Positions 1 through 9,222 of a DNA stretch of 64,000 nucleotides are shown piece after piece. This stretch comes from Vicinamibacteria bacterium. Its GTDB lineage: Bacteria > Acidobacteriota > Vicinamibacteria > Marinacidobacterales > Marinacidobacteraceae. The stretch lies in NCBI GenBank assembly GCA_964291235.2, contig OZ219816.1:608001-672000 (forward strand), read 5' to 3'. The translations under genes were made by a program, and so were the position numbers. Within the stretch, counting starts at the first letter, position 1, and every line of letters begins with the position of its first letter. The notes below the pieces were generated by a model. That model saw only the letters and a list, made by a program, of their open reading frames with translations, was not told where the DNA came from and ran no database searches.

Positions 1-1
1 T

Positions 2-601
2 TTCGGGAGCCCGACGGAAGCGGGACTCGACTTCTTCGACGCCAAGGCGACCGTCGAGCACATCCTGGACGGCCTGCGGACGGCGGCGACCTTCCGGCCG
101 GTGGAGGCCTTCGGATTCCTCGCGGGACGCACCGCTGAAATCGCCGCGGCCGGGACCGTGGTGGGGGTCGTGGGCCAACTGCATCCCGAGGCCGCCGCCG
201 CGTTCGGGGTCGAACGGGACGCCTTCTTGTGGGAGCTGAACCTTTCCCGGCTGCTCGCGGCCGCCCCCGGCATGACGGCTCCGCCGCTCGCGGCGCCGCT
301 TTCCCGTCATCCCTCAGCCGTCGAGGACTTCGCACTGCTCGTCGGACCGGACGTCCTGGCGCAGGATCTGGTTCAGGAAGCCCTCGCCCATCCGCTGGTC
401 GTCGAGGCGCGCGTCTTCGACGACTACGTATTGAACGAAGCAGGCGGTGGGGTTGCCGGCGGCGCCCGGTCGCTCGGCATTTCGGTCCGCTACCAGGCGC
501 CGAACCGGACTCTGAACGAGAACGACATTGCCAAGGTGCGGCGCACCATCCTGAAACGGCTGAAGGCGAACCACGGTGCGGTCGTCCGGGAACGCGGCTG
601 A
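2..601 (+). CDS. pheT: Phenylalanine--tRNA ligase beta subunit, C-terminal part (5' truncated by window edge)
   Basis: Frame open from base 2: DFFDAKATVE...VGQLHP...LWELNL, then FDX-ACB anticodon-binding domain (EDFALLV...VFDDY...RSLGISVRYQAPNRTL). Confidence 0.9.
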   Translation, partial: FGSPTEAGLDFFDAKATVEHILDGLRTAATFRPVEAFGFLAGRTAEIAAAGTVVGVVGQLHPEAAAAFGVERDAFLWELNLSRLLAAAPGMTAPPLAAPLSRHPSAVEDFALLVGPDVLAQDLVQEALAHPLVVEARVFDDYVLNEAGGGVAGGARSLGISVRYQAPNRTLNENDIAKVRRTILKRLKANHGAVVRERG

Positions 602-1577
602 CCGGATTCGCTTTCCGGCGGGCCTGGTTGCCGCCTCGCCCGCGATGCGGACACTGCTTCTTGAGGCTGGCCGCGCCGCGCGCTTCGATGTCCCGGTACT
701 GATCGAGGGGGAGACGGGTTCCGGGAAGGAACTCCTCGCCCGCTACGTGCACGACCAAAGCCCCCGGCGCCAGCGCTCCCTGGTCCCCGTGAACTGCGCG
801 GCAGTTCCGGACGAGTTGCTGGAGGCCGAGTTTTTCGGTCACGTCCGGGGCGCCTTCACGGGCGCCGAATCGGCGCGTCCGGGCCTTCTGGAGGCGGCGG
901 ACGGCGGCACCCTGTTCCTCGATGAGGTGGGAGAACTGTCGCCTCGAGGGCAGGGGCTCTTGTTGCGGGCTCTTCAGGAGCGGGAGTTCCGGCGGGTGGG
1001 TGAGACGCGGCTCCGGCGAGCCGACTTCCGCCTGGTGGCGGCAACCCACCGCCCACTGGCCGATCTGGCGGCGAACGGCGGGTTCCGTTCGGACCTGTTC
1101 TACCGGCTGGGGGTCATTCGGCTCCGCCTGCCGGCGCTCAGGGAACGAAGGTCCGAGATTCCCGAACTCGCCGCCACGCTCCTGATGCGGCTGGCCCGGC
1201 GGCACCGGCTGCGGCTACCCCGGCTCTCGTCCGAGGCCCTCGAGGCGCTCGCGAGCCGCGATTGGCCCGGGAACGTCCGCGAGCTGGAATCGGTGCTCGC
1301 CGGCGCGCTCCTGCGCCAGCCCGATGTCCGGGTCATCGGCCCGGAGATGGTGGCGGTGCCGGAGCCGCCGCCGCGCGGTTCCGGGGAGACGCCCGCCGAG
1401 CCCCTCCTGTCCGTTTTGGAAATTCGCAGACTGGTGGCGGCGCGGGCGGCCTTCGAGAGGATCGTCCTGTTGCGCGCCCTGCGCCGGACGGCGGGGAGCC
1501 GCGCCCGCGCGGCCCGCGAACTGGGCATTTCCCGGCAGGCGCTGTGGCAAAAACTGCGGCGCCACGGAATCGCGTAG
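576..1577 (+). CDS. Sigma-54-dependent transcriptional activator (AAA+ domain, Fis-type HTH), no N-terminal sensor domain
   Basis: GETGSGKE Walker A, GAFTGA loop, LFLDEVGE Walker B, FRSDLFYRL, WPGNVREL, C-terminal AARELGISRQAL HTH. Start uncertain. Confidence 0.9.
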   Translation: MRSSGNAADRIRFPAGLVAASPAMRTLLLEAGRAARFDVPVLIEGETGSGKELLARYVHDQSPRRQRSLVPVNCAAVPDELLEAEFFGHVRGAFTGAESARPGLLEAADGGTLFLDEVGELSPRGQGLLLRALQEREFRRVGETRLRRADFRLVAATHRPLADLAANGGFRSDLFYRLGVIRLRLPALRERRSEIPELAATLLMRLARRHRLRLPRLSSEALEALASRDWPGNVRELESVLAGALLRQPDVRVIGPEMVAVPEPPPRGSGETPAEPLLSVLEIRRLVAARAAFERIVLLRALRRTAGSRARAARELGISRQALWQKLRRHGIA

Positions 1578-1584
1578 AGCGCCA

Positions 1585-1759
1585 GGAGCGCGGGCCTCCG
1601 GCCGGCATCGCCGAGCAAAGCGAGGCGAAACTCCCGTCGCTCATCCGCCTCACGGCACCCAGCCAAACGGGGACGGCGCAACGCCCGTGTGCTCTTGCGC
1701 CGTACGGCTGAGGGGCGATGCGCGTTTCGCTCCCCTGTGGGGAGCGATGCCGGCCGGAG
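1585..1759. repeat. REP-like palindrome pair (REPIN/BIME-like); second REP interrupted by IS3
   Basis: GGAGCGCGGGCCTCCGGCCGGCAT at 1585-1608; inverted copy ATGCCGGCCGGAG (1747-1759) continues as GCCGGCGCTCC (3013-3023). The spacer shares CCAAACGGGGACGGCG.AACGCCC with the array at 30.8 kb. Confidence 0.8.
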
Positions 1760-1818
1760 TGGAGTTGCCCCGGGAAAACGGACCACTCATAGTGCCAGTG
1801 GCACAAAGGAGGTCTGAG

Positions 1819-2121
1819 ATGGGTAGTCCTGGCCGCCGATATACGGCGGAGTATCGAAAGCGGGTGGTTGCGCTGGTTCGCTCGGGACATAGCGCCGAGG
1901 AAGTCGCGGAGGAGTATGAGGCGAGTCCGCGAGCGATCCGGCGTTGGGTGATGGACGCGGATGCGGCGGAGGGCCGCGGGGGCGACGGCTGGACGAAAGA
2001 GGAGCGGGAGGAGTTGAAGCGGCTGGAACGTGAGAACCGGCGGCTGCAGCGGGAGAACGCCTTCCTAAAAAAAGCGGCGGCCTGGTTCGCGCGGGAGACA
2101 TCGTCGGGAGGTACCGACTGA
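1819..2121 (+). CDS. IS3 transposase OrfA (HTH)
   Basis: AAGGAGG RBS, RRYTAEYRKRVV...RRW HTH, leucine zipper ELKRLERENRRLQRENAFLKKAAAWFA; A7 slippery run at 2067-2073. Confidence 0.92.
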   Translation: MGSPGRRYTAEYRKRVVALVRSGHSAEEVAEEYEASPRAIRRWVMDADAAEGRGGDGWTKEEREELKRLERENRRLQRENAFLKKAAAWFARETSSGGTD

Positions 2122-2969
2122 TGGATGCGAGCCAGGCCGTGATGAGCGTGCGGGAGATGGGGCGCCTGCTGGGAGTGTCCCGCAGTGGGTACTACGCCTG
2201 GCGTGGCCGCGGGGCCAGTGCACGGGTTCAGGCGGACGAGCGCCTGAAGGTGGAGATCGCGGCGGCCCATGCGGCGAGTCGCGGCACCTATGGGGCGCCA
2301 CGGATCCGGGCGGAGCTGGCGGCGCGGGGGATCCGGACCAGCCGGAAGCGGGTTGGCCGGCTGATGCGGGCGTTGGGGATCTGTGGTGTAAGCCGCCGGC
2401 GCCGCGTCCGCACCACGATCCGGGACGGCGAGGCGCGGCCGGCACCGGACCTGGTGGACCGGAACTTCGAGGCCACGGCTCTGGACCAGCTCTGGGTGGC
2501 CGACATCACCTACATCCCGACGCTGACGCGGATGCTGCACCTGGCGGTGGTTGTGGACGCCTGCAGCCGGCGGGTGGTGGGCTGGGCAATGGCGCTGCAT
2601 GCGCGGGCCACCCTGGTCCTGAAAGCCTTGGACATGGCGCTCGAGCAGCGGCGGCCCCAGGGAGTGATCCACCACTCGGACCAGGGATGCCAATACACCT
2701 CGGTGGCGTTCGGGCGCCGCTGCCGGGCCACCGGGGTCCGGCCTTCCATGGGTTCGGTGGGGGACTGCTACGACAACGCGATGGCGGAGTCCTTCTTCGC
2801 CACCCTCGAGTGCGAGGTGCTCGACCGGACCCAGTTCCCCAACCCCAAAGCTGCCGGCGAAGCGGTCTTCGAGTTCATCGAGGCTTGGTACAACCCTTAC
2901 CGGCGGCACTCCGCCCTCGGCTACCTGTCGCCCGTAGACTTCGAACAACAACTCCGGGGGCCGCTATGA
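2121..2969 (+). CDS. IS3 transposase OrfB (DDE integrase core); probably also made as OrfAB by -1 frameshift
   Basis: WVADITY, VVDACSR, HHSDQGCQY, DNAMAESFF, YN..RRHSALGYLSP motifs; the -1 frame is open from the A7 run into OrfB. Confidence 0.95.
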   Translation: MDASQAVMSVREMGRLLGVSRSGYYAWRGRGASARVQADERLKVEIAAAHAASRGTYGAPRIRAELAARGIRTSRKRVGRLMRALGICGVSRRRRVRTTIRDGEARPAPDLVDRNFEATALDQLWVADITYIPTLTRMLHLAVVVDACSRRVVGWAMALHARATLVLKALDMALEQRRPQGVIHHSDQGCQYTSVAFGRRCRATGVRPSMGSVGDCYDNAMAESFFATLECEVLDRTQFPNPKAAGEAVFEFIEAWYNPYRRHSALGYLSPVDFEQQLRGPL

Positions 2970-3212
2970 ACCGGCGCTCCCACTGGTCCGAGAAACTGGG
3001 GCAAGCTCAGAGGCCGGCGCTCCGACTCTATGTCGGCGTAAACGCCCGGGGACGACGTAACGCCCGGGCGCCGGCACGCCGTACAGCTGAGCACCGATGA
3101 GCATTTCGCTCTCCTCCGGTAGCGGAACGCTCATCGCGAATCCTCACTGATGGCGCAGTCTTCCCGGGCCTTCCCATACGCTACCCGACCCATATCCGCC
3201 CGGAGAGTCCGC

Positions 3213-6179
3213 ATGATCCAACGCGCCCTTTTTCTGTTGGCCTTCAGCCTCAGCCTCACCCTCGAGCCGGTTCCGGCCGCCGCCCAGGACGCCGACCGAC
3301 ACGAGCCACTGCCCGTCATGGACGACCTGCGAATGAGGTCCATCGGGCCGGCGGTGATGGCCGGCCGGATTTCCGATCTGGCAGTGGTCCCCGGCCGTCC
3401 GTGGGAGTACTACGCCGCCACCGCCTCCGGAGGGCTCTTCCGGACCCGGAACAACGGCGCTACCTGGGATTCGCTCTTCGACCACTTCACCACCACGTCG
3501 CTGGGCGCCGTGGCGCTCTCACCATCCGATCCCGCGACCGTCTGGGTCGGCACGGGTGAGCCGGCGAACCGGCAGAGCTCCTCGTTCGGCGACGGTGTCT
3601 ATGTGTCCTTCGACGGTGGAGACACCTTCCGCCACGCGGGACTCGAGGAGAGCGAGCACATCGGACGCATCGTGCCCGACCCGGAGCGGCCCCGGCGCGC
3701 GTTCGTGGCCGCGCTCGGGCCGTTATGGCGGTCCGGCGGCCAGCGCGGCGTCTTCCGGACCGACGACGGCGGCGCGACCTGGGACCACGTGCTGGACATC
3801 TCGGCCGACACCGGGGTGGTGGACCTGGAGATGGACCCCCGGAATCCGGCGATTCTCTACGCCGGCGCCTATACGCGGCGGCGGACCCCCTGGGGCTTCA
3901 ACGGTGGAGGCCCCGACGGCGGCATCTTCCGGACCACCGACGGCGGGGACACCTGGGAGCGCCTCCGGGACGGACTGCCGGAGGGCCCGGTCGGCCGCAT
4001 CGGCCTCGAGATCTCCGGCTCGGATCCGCTGAGCGTCTTCGCCCTCGTCGAGCACGCCACTGAGTCGGGGCTGTTCCTGTCCCGCGACCGCGGCGCCTCC
4101 TGGGAGCGGATTTCGGACTTGAACCCGCGCCCCATGTACTACTCGCACATCGAGGTGGACCCCACGGACATCCGCCGGGTCTATGTGCTGGGCTCGCAGG
4201 TCCACCTTTCGGACGACGCCGGACGCACGTTTCGCACGAACCGGGACATGACCCCGACCTACGACATCGGCGTCCACGGCGATCACCACGCGCTCTGGAT
4301 CGATCCCGAGGCTCCCGAGCACCTGCTGCTGGGCAACGACGGGGGAATCTACGAGTCCTGGGACCGGGCGGTCACGTGGAGAAAGATCAACAACATTCCC
4401 CTGACCCAGTTCTACGCGATCTCGCTCGACCACGAAACCCCCTACAACATCTACGGCGGGGCGCAGGACACCCACTCCTGGGTGGGGCCCTCCGCCACCC
4501 GGAACCAGGCCGGCATCCTGAACAGTGACTGGCGGCAGACGAACTTCGGCGACGGGATGGACCAGGAGGCCGTTCCCCGGGAGCCCGGGATCGCGATCGC
4601 CTCCTCCCAGAACGGCAACCCGGTGCGGATCGACACCGCGACGGGAAACCGGACCACGGTCCGTCCCTTTCCCGACGAAGACGAGGACCGCTACCGGTTC
4701 CACTGGCTCTCCCCGCTGGGGGCCTCCCCGCACACCCCCGGACGGGTCTATATCGGAGGAAACCGGCTCTTCCTGTCGGACGATCTGGGGAGCGCCTGGC
4801 GCGCCACCGAGGACCTGACGCTGCGTGAGGACCGCAGCGAGCTTCCCATCCTCGGCGTGCTGCCCGCGGAGGGCATGCTGTCCATGCACGACGGGGTCAG
4901 CGACTGGGGCGCCCTCACGACCCTGGCGGAATCGCCCCTCGTCCCCGGCCTGATCTACGTCGGCTCCGACGACGGCCGCGTCGCCCGCTCGGACGACGAC
5001 GGCCTCACCTGGGAGTTCCTGGAAGCCAACCTCCCGCTCGAGGCGCTCCGCGCCACCATCAGCCGCGTCACGCCCTCGGCGCACCGGGAGGACCGTCTCT
5101 ACGTGGCGGTGGACCGCCATCACCTCGGCGACTTCGCGCCCCACGTCTTCGTCTCCGAGGACCGGGGAGCGAGTTTCGCTCCGATCGGCGCGGGACTGCC
5201 GCGCGGATGGGTCAACGACGTTGTCGAGCATCCCCAGGGCGAGAACCTGTTGGTAGCCGGCACCGAGGTCGGCGCCTTCTACTCGTTCGATCGGGGCGAG
5301 ACCTGGATGCGGGCGGGCGGGGGGCTTCCCCACGTGCCGGTGGACGACATCGAAATCCATCCGCGCGAGCGTGATCTGGTCTTCGGCACCCACGGGCGCT
5401 CCATCTACATCCTCGACGACAGCGCTCCGCTTGCCTGGCACGACCCCGAAACCACCACGGCCGAACTCTTCGAGCCCCGGACGGCCCGGCTGTTTCTGCC
5501 CTGGAAACACGAGAGCTACGAGGGGCAGGCGCGGTACGCGGGGGAGAACCCTCCGGTCGGAGCGCTCCTGACCGTGTTCCTCCCGGCCGGTGGCGAGGTC
5601 TCCCCGGCCCTCGAAATCCGAACCTCCGCGGGTGCGCTGGTGGCAAGTCTCGCGGCGGAATCCCGGTCCGGCTTCCAGCGGATCGTCTGGGACCTCAGGG
5701 CCGGCGCGGCTTCCGGGGATGCCCGCGGCGCCTGTGGTAGTCCGCCGCCGCGGGTGCCGGTCGACAGCTACGAGATCCGCCTGACGGGCGCCGGAGAGGT
5801 GCCGCCGGTTCCGCTCGAGGTCGAGCTGGACCCTTCGGTCCCGGTAAGCGAGGCCGCCTATGCCCAGCGCGCCGCCTTCCTGTCCGAGATCCACGGCGTC
5901 ATTCAGGATGCGTGCCGGGTGGGCGCTGCCGCGGGAGATCCGGACAGTCTTTCCGCGGCGGCGGGGGATGCCCTCCGCGAGCTTCGGCCGGGCGGCGGCT
6001 TCCGGAACCCCTCGACGCTCGGGCGTCTCGGGCGTCTCTACGGCGAGTTCACCGGCGACGATGTCCGGCAGGGAACGCTGGACGCCCCCACCGTGGTCCA
6101 CCGCCAACGTTTCGAGCGGTTGCGGATCGGAATCGAGGAGGCGATGGAAGTCGTGAGGGGGGCCGGCGGCGGGCGGTAG
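3213..6179 (+). CDS. Secreted VPS10/sortilin-like BNR-repeat beta-propeller protein (glycosyl hydrolase-like)
   Basis: Signal peptide, RSIGPAVMAGRISD start, many Asp-box S/T-x-D-x-G-x-T/S-W repeats, HGDHHALWIDP, GTHGRSIYILDD. Confidence 0.85.
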   Translation: MIQRALFLLAFSLSLTLEPVPAAAQDADRHEPLPVMDDLRMRSIGPAVMAGRISDLAVVPGRPWEYYAATASGGLFRTRNNGATWDSLFDHFTTTSLGAVALSPSDPATVWVGTGEPANRQSSSFGDGVYVSFDGGDTFRHAGLEESEHIGRIVPDPERPRRAFVAALGPLWRSGGQRGVFRTDDGGATWDHVLDISADTGVVDLEMDPRNPAILYAGAYTRRRTPWGFNGGGPDGGIFRTTDGGDTWERLRDGLPEGPVGRIGLEISGSDPLSVFALVEHATESGLFLSRDRGASWERISDLNPRPMYYSHIEVDPTDIRRVYVLGSQVHLSDDAGRTFRTNRDMTPTYDIGVHGDHHALWIDPEAPEHLLLGNDGGIYESWDRAVTWRKINNIPLTQFYAISLDHETPYNIYGGAQDTHSWVGPSATRNQAGILNSDWRQTNFGDGMDQEAVPREPGIAIASSQNGNPVRIDTATGNRTTVRPFPDEDEDRYRFHWLSPLGASPHTPGRVYIGGNRLFLSDDLGSAWRATEDLTLREDRSELPILGVLPAEGMLSMHDGVSDWGALTTLAESPLVPGLIYVGSDDGRVARSDDDGLTWEFLEANLPLEALRATISRVTPSAHREDRLYVAVDRHHLGDFAPHVFVSEDRGASFAPIGAGLPRGWVNDVVEHPQGENLLVAGTEVGAFYSFDRGETWMRAGGGLPHVPVDDIEIHPRERDLVFGTHGRSIYILDDSAPLAWHDPETTTAELFEPRTARLFLPWKHESYEGQARYAGENPPVGALLTVFLPAGGEVSPALEIRTSAGALVASLAAESRSGFQRIVWDLRAGAASGDARGACGSPPPRVPVDSYEIRLTGAGEVPPVPLEVELDPSVPVSEAAYAQRAAFLSEIHGVIQDACRVGAAAGDPDSLSAAAGDALRELRPGGGFRNPSTLGRLGRLYGEFTGDDVRQGTLDAPTVVHRQRFERLRIGIEEAMEVVRGAGGGR

Positions 6180-6212
6180 GCGACGGCCGGTGCGCCGGCG
6201 CGGAAGTTCTGC

Positions 6213-6923
6213 TCAGCAGCCCACCGCGCTGAGCAGGGCCGCGGTGCGACAGGGCCGTTCCGCCGCGTCGAGCGCCCGGATCTCGGCCGCGAGGCGGAGC
6301 AGGTCCTCGGGACGGTCCACGTCCCAGTAGAGGGGCAGTTCGCTGAACCGCAGACCGGCGCGGCCGGCGGCCTCGGCGGTGGCTCGGCCAACCTCGGCGG
6401 TGCCCCAGGGAATGTCCGAGAACAGGCATTCGATGGCCGGCCCGGGCAGTCGCCCCACGGCGACGGCCACCAGGACGTAGCCACCGTCCTCGGCCGGAGC
6501 CAGGACCGCGTCCTGGGTGTCGAGGGTCGAAAACGCCGATTCCACCAGCGGGACCGGCAGCAGCGGGGCGTCCGAGCCGATCATGACGAGGCGGTCAAGT
6601 CCCTCCGCTTGCGCCGATCGGGCGGCGCGCGCCAGCCGCTCGCCCAGGTCTCCCGGCCCCTGGGGCACGACAGCCCAGCCGGCGGGGATGTCCAGGCTTC
6701 CCGGCACGGGTTCCCGGTCGCAGCGAACCTCCCGGGAGAAGAGCCCGGGCGCGCCAGTGTCCAGGGAGCGATCGAGCCGTTCGAGCAGGTCTTCCGTCAT
6801 GGCGCGCTGGAGCGTCGCGGCCTCGGCCGGGGTGAGCGGGGGAACGAGGCGCGTCTTGGCGGCGCCGGGCACGGGTACGCGCGTGAACACCGAGATGCGC
6901 CGGCGCGGAGCCGCGAGAGTCAA
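6213..6923 (-). CDS. DUF2064 / TIGR04282-like glycosyltransferase
   Basis: VFTRVPVPGAAKTRL, QGPGDLGERL, IGSDAP, LAPAEDGGYVL, IPWGT, DVDRPEDL motifs. Confidence 0.85.
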   Translation of the reverse strand: MTLAAPRRRISVFTRVPVPGAAKTRLVPPLTPAEAATLQRAMTEDLLERLDRSLDTGAPGLFSREVRCDREPVPGSLDIPAGWAVVPQGPGDLGERLARAARSAQAEGLDRLVMIGSDAPLLPVPLVESAFSTLDTQDAVLAPAEDGGYVLVAVAVGRLPGPAIECLFSDIPWGTAEVGRATAEAAGRAGLRFSELPLYWDVDRPEDLLRLAAEIRALDAAERPCRTAALLSAVGC

Positions 6924-7001
6924 CGGATCGGTCCCCTCGTCAGCGCCAAGCTTCAGGCCCTCCGCACTCCCGCCCGTGTGGGGTGCTTTCCCCCCGGGGT
7001 G

Positions 7002-9222
7002 CTAACTGCCGACGCGCGCCTCGGCGGCGCCCCGGTTCCCCATGTCGTCCTCCACCTTCACCACCACCGATCCGGCGTCCTCCGGAAAATCCGGGAGCCG
7101 GGTGTCGTAGTCCTCATTCGGGGAGTCGGCGATCCCGTCCACCGGGCGCACGACGCGCGCCGGCCCGCCGTCCACGGTTATCGAGGCGCGCCGTATCGGG
7201 CTCCCGCCGTCCTGGGCCTGGAAGCGGATGGCGCCATCGGCCGACACCGTGAGACCCGTGATCACCGGCGGGGTGTTGTCCACGGTGAACGGCCGGCTGA
7301 TCCGGTTCCCGGCGAGAGACTCTCCGGGAGGATTGTCGGGAGAGTCAGACGCCTCGACCCGGAGTTCATAGCGGCCGTCAGGCATGGTCGAGGTGTCCCA
7401 GGCGACGATCGTCTCGGAGAGTCCGGACCGGAGGGGCTGCCAGGGGACGTCTCCCTGGCGCCGATAGGAAACCCGGTAGCGGAGCCGGTCACCGTTCGGA
7501 TCCTCGGCCCGGAAGCTGGCGGTGCGCACTCCGTGCAGGTAGAGCTGGCGTCCGCTCCCGGCGGGGAAGGAAGAGCCCGATTGTCCCCGCCTGGCGGCAT
7601 CGGTCCGCTCCGGCCGGTTCGCCATTCCCTGAAGACGGGGGGACGAACTGTTGAGCATTTCCTCGAACGCAATCCCGGGAGGGTGGAGGGTGATTCCGGT
7701 TACCCGGGGAGCGAGGTTGACCGGGAGATAGGCAGCTTCGAGAGAGGCCATCTCCGGTGAGGAGTTCCCGTCCGACCGCAGCGTCGCCCGCCACTGGAAA
7801 AAGCGCGCGGCGGGGCTGGGAACGGCCGTGTCCGCGGTGGCCGCCATCCAGTTGCTCCAGGTGTCGTCGGGTTCTTCCGAGTTTCCCGGTGCGCGTCTCG
7901 ACGCTCACCGCGGAGCCAGGCGGGGTCCGGGTGTCCCAGGAAATCCGGCCGAAATGGGCCGCGCCGCCGGCGTCGAGCACGCGGGACAGGTAGCTGCCCT
8001 CGGTGCGCGGGGAAGCGGAGAGCTCAAGGACCCTCCCCGGGTTCGAAGCGCCGAGCAGGGTGACCCCGCCCTCGGACACGGCCGCGGTCACCTGCTCCGA
8101 ATCGGCCCGAAACAGGAGGGTGACGTCGCCGTCGCGCGTCACGCGATAGACCCGCCCGCGGTCTCCGGTTCCGAGCAGGAGACGTTCGTCGCGCAGCATG
8201 GCCAGGGAGAGCGGCCGATCGGTGGCGGACCTCCAGATGGTCCGGGCTGCCCCGGTTGGCGCGATGCGGTAGAGCGCCCCGGCCGTCCCGTTTGCCGCGG
8301 CGGCCGCCGGTCCGGGCGCCGAGGCCGGCGCTGCCCCGGCCAGCACGCGGAACGAGGTGGTGGCCACTACCCCCGCCGCTGGAGAAGAAGTCTCCGGAGG
8401 CGGCGGGACCGCTCCGCCGCCGGTCGCCGCGCCGCGCCCGGTGTCCGCCACCGCGGCCGCGAATACTTCGCCCGCCGCGTTGACTGCCAGGGCCCGGATT
8501 TCCGCGAGGGGACTGTCGTAAAGCGCCATCGCGCCCGATGCCGCGTCGATGCGGAACACGATCCCGGACGGTTCCGTTCCGAGGTGGATCGTGCCATCGG
8601 TCGCGCGATGGAGCGCGGTGACGTTTTCCTCGCTCGTGGTGAAGACGGTTTCCGCGCTTCCCGAGGGCTGAATCCGGATCACCGAAGCCGGCATTCCGGT
8701 CGCCACCAGGATGCTGCCTCCCGGTTCGGGAACGATGGCCCAGATGTAGCGCGCTTCCGGCTGGAAGAAGACTCCGCGCTCCCCTCCGGGGAGGATTCGC
8801 TGCACACTCCCGCCCGGTGCGGTGGCGAAATAGACGGCGCCGTCGGGTCCCACCGCGACGGCGTGAATTCCGGCTTCTCCAGTGTCGGCGAGCACCTCCG
8901 CCGCTCCGTCGCGGACCCGGATCAGGGTCCCCTGAGCCCCTCCGCCGGCGACTACCCCACCCGAGCCGTCCGGGGCCAGGGACCACACGAAAGGCTGCTC
9001 CGATTCGTGCAGGGCGCGCAGCGCGGGCGCCAGCCGGACCTGGCCCTCCGGCCCGATGCTGACTCCCTCGCTCTCTCCCGCGAGGAAGTCCTCCGACGTT
9101 TCGAAGCGCCAGAAGTCCCGGTTCCCTGCAAAACCCGCCGCCGCGGCTGCCGCCGCCAGCAGTGCGGCCAGCACGCGGGGCTTCCAGGCGCCCGGGTTGC
9201 GGCGCGCGATGCACGTGCTCAT
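7002..9222 (-). pseudogene. Secreted beta-propeller plus FN3-like protein, interrupted by a single +1 frameshift near 7883 (or a sequencing error)
   Basis: ORFs 7489-9294 and 7002-7847 join into one plausible protein (SVETRTG|NSEEPDDTWSNW) if one base is removed from GGGAAAC; ATG overlaps the stop of the upstream S55 protease gene. Confidence 0.75.

Larger units (their letters stand above)
1760..3009 (+). mobile_element. IS3-family insertion sequence, 1250 bp, apparently complete
   Basis: TG...CA ends; imperfect IRs TGGAGTTGCCCCGGGAAAACGGACCA / rc TGAGCTTGCCCCAGTTTCTCGGACCA; 3-bp GAG direct repeat at 1757-1759 and 3010-3012; orfA and orfB in -1 arrangement. Confidence 0.95.

Noticed and set aside
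6213-6923. Direct link between the DUF2064 gene and the selenoprotein candidate
   Set aside because: They are 15 kb apart with unrelated genes between; no sequence evidence for a shared pathway.
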